Shown here: positions 37,345-45,822 of the stretch, one piece after another
Layout: every line of letters begins with the position of its first letter
How positions within the stretch are numbered: the stretch's first letter is position 1
Assembly: GCA_001776775.1 (NCBI GenBank)
Contig: MFDD01000014.1
Location: 3,684-67,683 of the forward strand
Direction: 5' to 3'
Source of the DNA: Candidatus Daviesbacteria bacterium RIFCSPHIGHO2_02_FULL_43_12
GTDB taxonomy: Bacteria > Patescibacteriota > Microgenomatia > Daviesbacterales > UBA10151
Length of the DNA stretch: 64,000 nt
Notes under the pieces: generated by a model
Seen by the model: the letters and a program-made list of their open reading frames with translations, nothing else
Told to the model about the DNA's origin: nothing
Databases searched by the model: none
Position numbers and translations under genes: made by a program

Positions 37345-38511
37345 CTAGTAAGTGACAGTGCTACCTTCAGGAACTGTTTGAATCCAAATCACCCCTCTGT
37401 CCAAGGCAATTTCTTTGCCCTTGGCATCCAGGAAAACTTCCCGAGACTGTCGGGTCTTTTTATTCCAGGTTCCGGTAATGACACTTCCATCCATAAAGAT
37501 TAGGGCCTTGCCTTGTCCCTTGTTTCCATAAAGCAGATGGGCATTATTTTCATAGCCATCATTAGCATGAGATTCCTTCATAAACTGAACGATAATATTT
37601 TTGGCAGAGAGCTGCTCGTTTGTATTTAAATCAACTTGAGTTTGTCCACCATTGGTACGTTTATAACAGTTACAAGAGGCTTCATATTTCCAATCGACAG
37701 CATAATCTTTATACCCATCCCAAAAATTGACATTGATGGCAGTGGTGGTACCACTAGGCTGATCATCTTTAAAAGTCCACGGCACAAAACTTTTATCCCA
37801 CCTTAATCCCGCCGAATCGCTAGCAGTCCAACCACGCTTTTCTCCGGCTGTCCAGAGCTTGTCGATGGTTGAATACATGGTATGTTCGGTGGCTACAGCA
37901 CGACCCAGACGTTGATAATCTCGCCAATAAGTTGGAAAACCGATACCAAACTGATTTAAGTCTTTAATTTTGTAGTCAATGATCTGGCCCAAAGCATTGG
38001 CCGGACCTGGGCTGTTAGCACCTCCAACATGGGCGTAGAGAGCATCATACTCAGACAGCCAATCAAGAAAGTAGGTTCTGGCTGATCGCACAGGACCAAC
38101 CTGAACATCACTTAAATGACAAAGAAAAACGGCCATAAACCGAGTAATTCCACCCTCGGCGACGACCTCATAAACTACATCTGCAGATGATAAACCAGAT
38201 TGAGGTCGGGCTTCAGTATGGTTTTCGATCATTACCGCCAAAGGTCGTCTAAGCTTCCAGGCATCAAGAGCTTTTTGGGTATGCATTGACCCGTTTAAAG
38301 GGCACTCTTCGGTCTTTGGCTCTGAAGGATCTTCTCCATCTTTATTAGCAACTCCAGGAAGGGTGCTGGCTAGCTGAGAGGTGTCAGTTTTGATCGCTCG
38401 AGTCGAAAAGAGAGAGTAGCTAATACTGGTTGAAGCTGCATAAAGCAGGATCGACAAGATCGCCACAACTAGACTTTTTTGAAAGTTACTTAAATTTGCG
38501 AAAAGGTTCAT
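37345..38511 (-). CDS. DUF3048 (YerB-like) secreted protein
   Basis: Signal peptide or anchor; PLAVMIENH...GLSSADVVYE motif recalled from the DUF3048 N-terminal domain. Confidence 0.45.
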   Translation of the reverse strand: MNLFANLSNFQKSLVVAILSILLYAASTSISYSLFSTRAIKTDTSQLASTLPGVANKDGEDPSEPKTEECPLNGSMHTQKALDAWKLRRPLAVMIENHTEARPQSGLSSADVVYEVVAEGGITRFMAVFLCHLSDVQVGPVRSARTYFLDWLSEYDALYAHVGGANSPGPANALGQIIDYKIKDLNQFGIGFPTYWRDYQRLGRAVATEHTMYSTIDKLWTAGEKRGWTASDSAGLRWDKSFVPWTFKDDQPSGTTTAINVNFWDGYKDYAVDWKYEASCNCYKRTNGGQTQVDLNTNEQLSAKNIIVQFMKESHANDGYENNAHLLYGNKGQGKALIFMDGSVITGTWNKKTRQSREVFLDAKGKEIALDRGVIWIQTVPEGSTVTY

Positions 38512-38576
38512 TTTAAAGCGACTTTCTCTATTATTCTACATGCAGAGCGAAGAAATCAATTACCTATTTTAAAAAG

Positions 38577-39059
38577 CTAGGAAAGCATACTCTCTAAAAG
38601 TTGTTGCTCTTCTCCTGAAAGCTCTATTTGGGCAATGCCTTCACGAATCTCTTTGGCATAAACCCTGGTACCGGAACGGGTATGTAAACTCGTAAGAAGT
38701 ATCCCCGTTTGTTTTCCATCTAACCAGATCGCAGAGAAACTTTGTTCTCCTCCTGTATCTCCATAAGGATTATAGCGCAGGAGCGAGACATTCTGAGTGC
38801 TGTTAAGTCCGGTTAGGGCAGCATCTCGAATATTTTTTTGGAGAACCTGTTCTCTTCTGGATACTTCTTGCAAAGCTTTTAAAACCTCATTGAACTTATT
38901 AACCAAGCCTTTTTTATTATCCTCACCATCCAGTTCCGGCAAGAGTGCCTTCATATACTGAATGTGCCGAAGCAGCAGAAAGGTCAACCCACCTAACCAA
39001 ATAACCAGCAAACTTAATCCGACAATAAAAAAAGATTCCATAAAATATCCTTCGAGCAT
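38577..39059 (-). CDS. DUF4446-family membrane protein
   Basis: N-terminal TM helix and RYNPYGDTGGEQSF motif. Confidence 0.45.
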   Translation of the reverse strand: MLEGYFMESFFIVGLSLLVIWLGGLTFLLLRHIQYMKALLPELDGEDNKKGLVNKFNEVLKALQEVSRREQVLQKNIRDAALTGLNSTQNVSLLRYNPYGDTGGEQSFSAIWLDGKQTGILLTSLHTRSGTRVYAKEIREGIAQIELSGEEQQLLESMLS

Positions 39060-39195
39060 GATTATACTTCAAGATGGTTATTCTCGAATAGGGTGACTCG
39101 CTAAAAGATTAAAGTTTATCTGGCACATGCTTGACAGGCATAGTAATAAGTGCTAGGCTCAATTAGGCTCAAAATCTTAAGTTTAGCTTAGTCCA

Positions 39196-39462
39196 ATGGC
39201 TCAACAAAAATCCACCGCAAAAAGACTTAGTAACATCCGTAGACAGCTTTCCGGTCGAGAATTTAGTTTGCAGGCAAAGCCAGAGGCTTTAAATTATAGC
39301 CTGTCTACTAACTTGACTCTTAAACAATCAGAAAACAACTCTGAGCTATCCTATCTTAAGACAGACCTTTTGAAAATAGCGCTTTTAATGAGTTTTGCCA
39401 TTGGTTTTCAGCTGGTTCTTTTTGTCTTAAAAAATCATGGTCTAAAAGTTATGGGTTTTTAG
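39196..39462 (+). CDS. hypothetical small protein with C-terminal TM helix
   Basis: ORF only; weak promoter-like TTGACA at 39131. Confidence 0.25.
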   Translation: MAQQKSTAKRLSNIRRQLSGREFSLQAKPEALNYSLSTNLTLKQSENNSELSYLKTDLLKIALLMSFAIGFQLVLFVLKNHGLKVMGF

Positions 39463-39549
39463 TACTGAGTTCTGAGTAAAAAATATTTTTCTTACTCACG
39501 ACACTATGCTCATAACTCAAAACTAATTTGGAAGGAGGTGAATTTATAA

Positions 39550-39693
39550 ATGCAAATGTATTGTGTAAAATGTCGCGCCAAAAGAGACGCTAATAATGTT
39601 CAAGAAGTTACTATGAAAAATGGTAAAAAAGCTGCTAAAGGTGTTTGTTCAGTTTGCGGTACCGGAATGTACAAAATAGGTGCAGTGGTATAA
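39550..39693 (+). CDS. 47-aa zinc-ribbon protein (DUF5679-like), MQMYCVKCRAKRDANNVQEVTMKNGKKAAKGVCSVCGTGMYKIGAVV
   Basis: Not in the ORF track (<60 aa). Strong SD GGAGGTG 7 nt upstream, two CxxC pairs, and an intrinsic terminator directly downstream. Confidence 0.6.
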   Translation: MQMYCVKCRAKRDANNVQEVTMKNGKKAAKGVCSVCGTGMYKIGAVV

Positions 39694-39728
39694 AGAAAAG
39701 TTGAAATGATGGATTCACCATCTTGAGA

Positions 39729-39763
39729 AAAACCCCGTTTTTTTTAAAATTACGGGGTTTTTC
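39729..39763. terminator. bidirectional intrinsic terminator
   Basis: AACCCCG-T8-aaaat-CGGGGTTTTT has a hairpin with U-runs on both strands. It terminates the + strand zinc-ribbon gene and the - strand ABC operon. Confidence 0.6.
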
Positions 39764-39775
39764 TATGGACAAATT

Positions 39776-39955
39776 TTACCCATCGTCACGAATTCGATAC
39801 TGCAAGGACTCAGTCACACGTTTTTCTTCGATAGCCCGATCGGCTAACCCCACAATGGTAAAAGAGGGCAGTCCTAAAGAGGCAATATCCGCTTCGATGA
39901 CAACAACTGTACCCTCTAGCCCATTTAACGCTCCAGACAACACTTTCGCCAGCAT
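39776..39955 (-). pseudogene. 59-aa remnant of comM/yifB (Mg-chelatase-like ATPase) N-terminal domain
   Basis: Translation MLAKVLSGALNGLEGTVVVIEADIASLGLPSFTIVGLADRAIEEKRVTESLQYRIRDDG matches the ComM/YifB N-terminal ChlI-like domain, then a stop. Full-length proteins are about 500 aa. Confidence 0.55.
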
Positions 39956-39959
39956 AGTT

Positions 39960-40694
39960 TTATCTGATTAAGTCTTTGATTTTAGTAACTGCTACTACAA
40001 AACCGACTTGACTTACCTGTCTTGGTCGAGAAAAAATAATCGGAATAGATTTTTTGATAGTATTTTCGGTCATCACAATCACTCTGTCCGATAAAGATAT
40101 TGCTTCTTCAATTGAGTGTGAAACCATGATCACGGTCGGCTTAAACTGGCTCCAAATCTCTAGCAGATCGGCGTGCAGGTCATCAACGGTAATAGTATCC
40201 AGCGAAGCAAAGGGTTCGTCTAGTAGCAGCACATCCGGCTTCACAGACAAGGCTCTGGCAATCCCGACTCTTTGCCGTTGCCCTCCGGAAAGCTCCCTGG
40301 GTAATTTTTGTAAGAATTTTTGCAATCCAACCAGGTGTAAATAAAAATCTGCTTGTTTTCTGGCCTCTTTAGCAGAAAGTCCTTTCATCTTCAGCGGTAA
40401 ACTAACATTTTCTTCAACCGTCAGCCATGGCAGCAGTCCGGCTGATTGAAAAACCATGGCAATGTTTTCCGGCCTTTGAATCTCTCCACTGGTGGGCTTT
40501 TCTAAGCCGGCGATGATCTTTAGTAATGTAGATTTCCCACAGCCCGAAGGACCAACAATACAGACAAACTCACCGGACGAGACTTTTAAATCAATATCCT
40601 GCAAAGCCCAGATTTGGGAAAACTTCCGGCGGCGAAATAACCTACTCCCGGAATCATAGCTTTTAGTAATACTTTCAAGGATGATATCAGTCAA
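39960..40694 (-). CDS. ABC transporter ATP-binding protein (NitT/TauT-like)
   Basis: Walker A GPSGCGKST, signature LSGGQRQRVGIARAL and Walker B LLLDEP. Confidence 0.85.
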   Translation of the reverse strand: MTDIILESITKSYDSGSRLFRRRKFSQIWALQDIDLKVSSGEFVCIVGPSGCGKSTLLKIIAGLEKPTSGEIQRPENIAMVFQSAGLLPWLTVEENVSLPLKMKGLSAKEARKQADFYLHLVGLQKFLQKLPRELSGGQRQRVGIARALSVKPDVLLLDEPFASLDTITVDDLHADLLEIWSQFKPTVIMVSHSIEEAISLSDRVIVMTENTIKKSIPIIFSRPRQVSQVGFVVAVTKIKDLIR

Positions 40695-41496
40695 ATTTGT
40701 ACCTCTGGACTAAGTGTAATAACCTTTGCCAAATAAGTACGTTCATCAAGCTGATGATGATTATCATAACCAGGAGGGTAGCCAAAAATAGCAGGTTATT
40801 ATTATAAAACGCTGAGTTAACTAGTAAACTTCCCAGTCCAAAAAGATCCTGTGATATGGTGCCACCTGGAATATAGGTATGTAGCACCTCTGCAACGATG
40901 ACGATACTCCAACTCGCCCCCCAAGCGAGCAGGGCACCGGTAACAATCTGCGGAAAAATTGCCGGAAGAAGAATATACCAAATCTCATTTAAGCCGGTAA
41001 TTTTATAGATCGATGCGACATTTTTGATATCGTCTGGGATAGTTTTTAAGCCTCCGATCATACTAAAGACTAATATCCAAACCATCTCCATAAATAAAAT
41101 AAAGATCGCTGCACTCTCCAGCAGATTAAATTTAATGAAAAAAAGCACCAGAACCGGGAAAAAAGCCAGTGGAGGTATTGACTGTAAAATATCAAAAACA
41201 GGCAGCAGTATCTTTTCTACTTTTGGGTGACTGGTGGAGATAATCACCAGGGGCACTGCTACAATAATGGACAGGACAAAGGCCATTATCATCCGAAAAA
41301 GAGTCAAGGTTGTGGCAAGCAATATGTCGTAAATGGAAACATTCTTATAGTCTGACAGGTTCACCGGATGTAAAAAGTTAAAGATTACTAGCAGCCCAAA
41401 GGAGAGTAGCACTAAGGTAAAAATAAGAGCGCTTAAATGATGCAAGATAGAAGTTCGATAGCTAAAGTGATACCGTGAGTGGTAAGTTTTCAACAT
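40687..41496 (-). CDS. ABC transporter permease (NitT/TauT family-like)
   Basis: Six TM helices and an EAA-like loop region. Translationally coupled to the ATPase. Confidence 0.7.
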   Translation of the reverse strand: MLKTYHSRYHFSYRTSILHHLSALIFTLVLLSFGLLVIFNFLHPVNLSDYKNVSIYDILLATTLTLFRMIMAFVLSIIVAVPLVIISTSHPKVEKILLPVFDILQSIPPLAFFPVLVLFFIKFNLLESAAIFILFMEMVWILVFSMIGGLKTIPDDIKNVASIYKITGLNEIWYILLPAIFPQIVTGALLAWGASWSIVIVAEVLHTYIPGGTISQDLFGLGSLLVNSAFYNNNLLFLATLLVMIIIISLMNVLIWQRLLHLVQRYKFD

Positions 41497-41539
41497 AATA
41501 TTATTATACCCAAAACCTAAGTCCGAAAACTTGAGGGAT

Positions 41540-41568
41540 TTGAGGCTAAGTGCAAATTGCGGTATAAT
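41540..41568 (+). promoter_or_regulatory. sigma70-like promoter TTGAGG-17-TATAAT for rnpB
   Basis: TTGAGG at 41540-41545 and TATAAT at 41563-41568. Confidence 0.55.
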
Positions 41569-41577
41569 ACAGGGGCG

Positions 41578-41934
41578 TTTAGGAAGATGGACAGTTACCC
41601 CGCCTTTGGCGGGGAGGAAAGTCCAGACAGCGCAAAGCAGGGTGGTCGTCGTAAGGCGATACGGGTACCCTTCGGCTGGCTCAGGGTAGCCTGAGTGAAA
41701 TCGAAGACCAACCGCTAGTATAGAGCAACAGAAACGATCCTATTAAGTTAGGCTGAAACGCCCTCCTACACCAAAAGGCTTCAGAGGGTCGTTCGGAGCT
41801 CGCAAGAGCGAAGGACGAGGCAATCCTCCCCGCTGCAATCCAAGAACGAGTCGAGCTGCTTGCTCTTTGACTCAAATATGGAGCATAGATAAATTACTGT
41901 CTTAAAACAGAATCTGGCTTACAAGCTTCCTAAG
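41578..41934 (+). ncRNA. rnpB: RNase P RNA (bacterial type)
   Basis: P1 AGGAAG(41581-86)/CUUCCU(41926-31). P2 GGACAGU/ACUGUC. P3 hairpin CCCCGCCuuuGGCGGGG. P4 5' strand GGAGGAAAGUCCAGAC and 3' strand ACAGAAucuGGCUUA, matching the E. coli M1 GGAGGAAAGUCCGGGC / ACAGAAcccGGCUUA elements. Confidence 0.7.
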
Positions 41935-41940
41935 CGCAAA

Positions 41941-42933
41941 TTATTTTTTATCTGAATAGGTATCCAAGTCAATATTCAAGAAATCTTCTAATATAATTTG
42001 GATAACCACAGTAATGGGTACTGCCAAAAGACCTCCGGCGATCCCTAAAAGTTTACCCCCAATAGCAATTGCCAGGATAACGATTAAAGGATTTAATCCA
42101 ACTGCTCGTTTCATCACCTGCGGGACAATAAAATGATTTTCCAATTGCTGGATAGCAAAGAATCCCAGTCCTACAAAAAGAGCTAGTGCGGGAGACTCAA
42201 CATAGGCAATTAAAATAGCCGGAATTGCGGAAACGATCGGACCGATTACCGGCACTACCTCCATCAGTCCGGCTAGGATAGAGAGGGGCAATGCGTACTG
42301 TATGTGAAGCAAAAAAAGTAAGGTGTAAGACATCGTGCCGATTACTAAACTCAAGATAACCTGTCCCCGTAGCCAAGCTCCAAGCTTATTTTCAATCTTT
42401 AGTACCAGTTTTTCGGTCCTTTCTTTTTGGTTCGGAGATAAAGAGATAATTAATTTATAAAGTCTGTCTCTATCTATTATTAAGTAAAATGTCAAAACGG
42501 CAATAGAGATTAAAGTTAAGAAGTTAGAAAAAACAGCCAAAGTCAAAGACAGTACATGCTGAGAAGCATTACTCAATTCCTGCTGGATAACTGCTTTATC
42601 TACCCCCAAAGTAGGTGCCAGCTTTTGAATAGTTTGCGGTAGGCTAAAAAGTAGATTCGAAGTCTCGGCGGTTAGGGGAGTGATTATTAAGGTTAAAAGT
42701 CCTACGATAATACCGATCAGTACCACATAAGCTAAGGCAATAGCCATTCCTTTTGGAACGCTTCTTTTTGTTAAACTCTCGACAATAGGATTCAGTGCAG
42801 ACATAAAAATTATCGCCACAAATAATATCAGGATAACCTCTTTTATTTGGAAAAGGAGCCACAAAATTCCTAAGAAAGTGGCAATAAAAAATATGGTTTT
42901 ATGGGATATATCGATACTTGTTTGTGTTTTCAT
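41941..42933 (-). CDS. AI-2E family transporter (PerM/YdiK-like, UPF0118)
   Basis: About 330 aa with eight TM helices in the arrangement typical of this family. Confidence 0.55.
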   Translation of the reverse strand: MKTQTSIDISHKTIFFIATFLGILWLLFQIKEVILILFVAIIFMSALNPIVESLTKRSVPKGMAIALAYVVLIGIIVGLLTLIITPLTAETSNLLFSLPQTIQKLAPTLGVDKAVIQQELSNASQHVLSLTLAVFSNFLTLISIAVLTFYLIIDRDRLYKLIISLSPNQKERTEKLVLKIENKLGAWLRGQVILSLVIGTMSYTLLFLLHIQYALPLSILAGLMEVVPVIGPIVSAIPAILIAYVESPALALFVGLGFFAIQQLENHFIVPQVMKRAVGLNPLIVILAIAIGGKLLGIAGGLLAVPITVVIQIILEDFLNIDLDTYSDKK

Positions 42934-43881
42934 TTAAGCTTTAGTATCGTACCATTTACCAACTAGTTTTTCTACCCGATCAAGATAACCTTTGCTAATA
43001 TCCACCCATAAGCCTTCTTTTTCCTTTTTAAACCAAGTCTGCTGCCGTTTTACAAAATGCCTAATCTTGAGTTTCAAGATACCTTCTAGTTGGGTCGGGG
43101 TGGTAATTACCCCACTCAAATAGTCTGCCATTATCCCATATTCTAACCCCAGCTGCTTCATGCGAGGGAGGCTTAAGATCTTTTCATTTAACTCTCTTGC
43201 CTCAGCAAGCATCCCCTGTTCCATCCTGCTGGCAACTCGCTTGTCCACTCTTTCATAAAGATATGCTAAGGGTGCTGTAAGAATTATTTTAAAAACATCG
43301 TAATCTTTCTCGATACCTAAAATCTTCGTTTGAGTGTTTCCATCCAAGGCTTTTTCGATCGCACGAGCCAGCCTCCGAGGATTCTTGGAATCAGATTCAT
43401 TCATTAAAACCAACGCTTCTTTATTTAGAGTTTTGAGCTTCTCTTGGAGTTGCTCTATATTTAAAGTAGCGAGATCCTGGCGAAGCTTAAGGTCTGGTGG
43501 ACTACTATCTTCTATCCCGCTAAGTAAGGCTTTTAGATAAAGACCTGTTCCTCCCACTATAATAGGTAATTTATTTTTATCCGTAATATTGCGTAAAACT
43601 TTTTTAACAAAGGCTACATAACGCACAACATTATAACTTGAAGTTGGATTAATTAAGTCGTACCCATGGATAGAAACTCCATCAACTATCCATTGGCCCG
43701 GAAGTTTCTGTAGAGACTCAAATCTTTCCGGATACTTGCCAGTACCTAAGTCAAGTCCCAGGTAAACTTGTCGCGAATCGCAGGCGATCAACTCACCGTT
43801 AAATCTTTTAGCCAGCTTAATTCCTAGGTCTGTCTTACCGGTTGCCGTTGGTCCGGTGATTATTAGCAATTTAGGAGTCAT
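42934..43881 (-). CDS. miaA: tRNA dimethylallyltransferase
   Basis: P-loop ITGPTATGKT and CDSRQVYLGLDLGTGK. Confidence 0.85.
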   Translation of the reverse strand: MTPKLLIITGPTATGKTDLGIKLAKRFNGELIACDSRQVYLGLDLGTGKYPERFESLQKLPGQWIVDGVSIHGYDLINPTSSYNVVRYVAFVKKVLRNITDKNKLPIIVGGTGLYLKALLSGIEDSSPPDLKLRQDLATLNIEQLQEKLKTLNKEALVLMNESDSKNPRRLARAIEKALDGNTQTKILGIEKDYDVFKIILTAPLAYLYERVDKRVASRMEQGMLAEARELNEKILSLPRMKQLGLEYGIMADYLSGVITTPTQLEGILKLKIRHFVKRQQTWFKKEKEGLWVDISKGYLDRVEKLVGKWYDTKA

Positions 43882-45797
43882 ATATTTGTTTGATAAATTT
43901 CATACTCCTTGCTTTCAAAAATGAGAGGAAATGTTTGTCTTATATAATTTCGGTTTATTGAGCCGTCGGTATCATACTTGGACAATAAAATGTAACGGAT
44001 ATTATATTCCCGAAAAAGTGGATCAGTTTCTTGTCCAGCTAACATTTTAATTAGATCAGCCTGTTGTCTTTGGTAATCTAATCCATAGCTCCATAACCAA
44101 CCGTTAAAACCAACGACTACTTTTCTTCCGGCAATTGAAACAGCTGGGTTATTAAAGACGTCCTTAGATAGAAAGGTTCCGTCATTTGGTAGGGTTTTAA
44201 TAAAGTTACCTGTCTTTAGTGCGTCCAATGAATATAGTTGATAACTTATTCCAGGAGTATTAAAAACCGGTTGGGTAATCAGACGCCAGTTGTCAATGAA
44301 ACCAGTTATTGTGCAAAGAATTAATATTCCTCCTGCCAATATTTTTATAGAGTCCCTGGGAACTCGAAGCATTTTTACTAAAGAGGCTACAACTAAAGGC
44401 AGGGTGAAGATATACCAGTAAATAAAGATTTTTATATTATCGAAATCCCAGGGTTGAAAAATAAATAGACTCCCTACAAAAAACCAAAATAATCCAACTA
44501 ACGCGAGTAGATATACATTGTCTCGTCTTTTTATATTCCATAAACAAAAAATTACAGTCAAAATCGGCAGAATATTAAAATTCTTCAGGTAAAAAAAGAT
44601 TGGATTTTCTCCGTGAGCCATCCACCATGGTTGAAACTTAATTAGAGAAAACATGTTGTCTGTTTGGGCTAAAAAGGATTTGGAAAGAAAGACAATTAAC
44701 AGACTCCCTATTAATCCAATGGGCGCCAGGAGGACTATCTTTTTAGGACTTTTAACTAGTAGCATTAATCCGATAAATAAAATAAACGGCGCCAGAATCA
44801 TTAAAGTATGAGTATGTACAAGCGGTAGCAGAGAAATCAGTAAGCTGCCGAAGATAAATTTAGGTAACAAGAATTTAGATTTTAATTCTAAAAAAACTCC
44901 GATAATGACCAGAGCAAAAGGAAGCCCTAGCAAAAAACTTCGCTGAGGTAGAAGCATCGATATCACTACGTTAATCCACCAAAACCCGATGTCTTTGAGG
45001 GCAGTATAGTCGTGAGGGATATGCTGGATAAATTGCCAGAAATGTTCGCCGGAGGAATAATAGTCTCGGAAAAAATGTACAAACCCAAACCCCCCATTAA
45101 AGAAAAAGAGGCTCAGTCCCAAGATACTGGCTAATTTACTTTTTGTTAAGCGATATAGAAAAAAGGTCAGGATTAAAATTAAACAGATCATAAAAATAGA
45201 TCCTGTCACTCCCACTGCCAAATCCACCCGTAATCCCAGGGGGTTAACAAACTGCGCCGTGATAAAATCTACCAAAAAGGGGTAGGATATCAGGGCTTTA
45301 GCCAAGTTGGGGTTTTCGACCGGAAAGTTATGACCCTCGGCAAAAGAATTAATAATCCCTAAATGTAAAAACATATCCCCATAAGCATGTAACAAGGCAA
45401 TATATAAGCCGTCCTTTGCATAGGTTAAGAGTCGCCAGGCTAAACCAGAATAAAGAAGTAAGAATAAGCAGTTAAGGCCGGCGAAAAGTTGCCATGATCT
45501 TTGTCGATACCTGGCTACAAAGTCCTGCAGATCCTCTTGAAGCACCCTACGGGTAGACTTTAAAAATAAAGCAAGTAGTAGCACTTCCAAGATGAGTAAA
45601 GAAATTAAAAAACTCCCCCAATTTAGTCCGAAAAGGTATGCAAATCCTAGGTTGATATATCCTAAAAAAATAAGCGAAATGAGCAGTCCGACAGCGCATT
45701 TTTCTTCTAGGAAAAACTTTAACCTAAAAAGTGTAGTCAAGGACACCCCAATTAAGATAAGATTAATCAACAGACTTGCGACAATAACTGCAGTCAT
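43878..45797 (-). CDS. large polytopic membrane protein (possible GT-C-type glycosyltransferase), hypothetical
   Basis: 639 aa with more than 12 TM helices and a C-terminal soluble domain. Confidence 0.5.
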   Translation of the reverse strand: MTAVIVASLLINLILIGVSLTTLFRLKFFLEEKCAVGLLISLIFLGYINLGFAYLFGLNWGSFLISLLILEVLLLALFLKSTRRVLQEDLQDFVARYRQRSWQLFAGLNCLFLLLYSGLAWRLLTYAKDGLYIALLHAYGDMFLHLGIINSFAEGHNFPVENPNLAKALISYPFLVDFITAQFVNPLGLRVDLAVGVTGSIFMICLILILTFFLYRLTKSKLASILGLSLFFFNGGFGFVHFFRDYYSSGEHFWQFIQHIPHDYTALKDIGFWWINVVISMLLPQRSFLLGLPFALVIIGVFLELKSKFLLPKFIFGSLLISLLPLVHTHTLMILAPFILFIGLMLLVKSPKKIVLLAPIGLIGSLLIVFLSKSFLAQTDNMFSLIKFQPWWMAHGENPIFFYLKNFNILPILTVIFCLWNIKRRDNVYLLALVGLFWFFVGSLFIFQPWDFDNIKIFIYWYIFTLPLVVASLVKMLRVPRDSIKILAGGILILCTITGFIDNWRLITQPVFNTPGISYQLYSLDALKTGNFIKTLPNDGTFLSKDVFNNPAVSIAGRKVVVGFNGWLWSYGLDYQRQQADLIKMLAGQETDPLFREYNIRYILLSKYDTDGSINRNYIRQTFPLIFESKEYEIYQTNI

Positions 45798-45822
45798 AAT
45801 TTATAAGTGTATCAGATTCAAT

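Noticed and set aside
39723-39971. 82-aa plus-strand ORF
   Set aside because: Spans the bidirectional terminator and is antisense to the comM fragment, with no start context.
41681-41875. 64-aa ORF on the minus strand
   Set aside because: Lies wholly inside the RNase P RNA gene.
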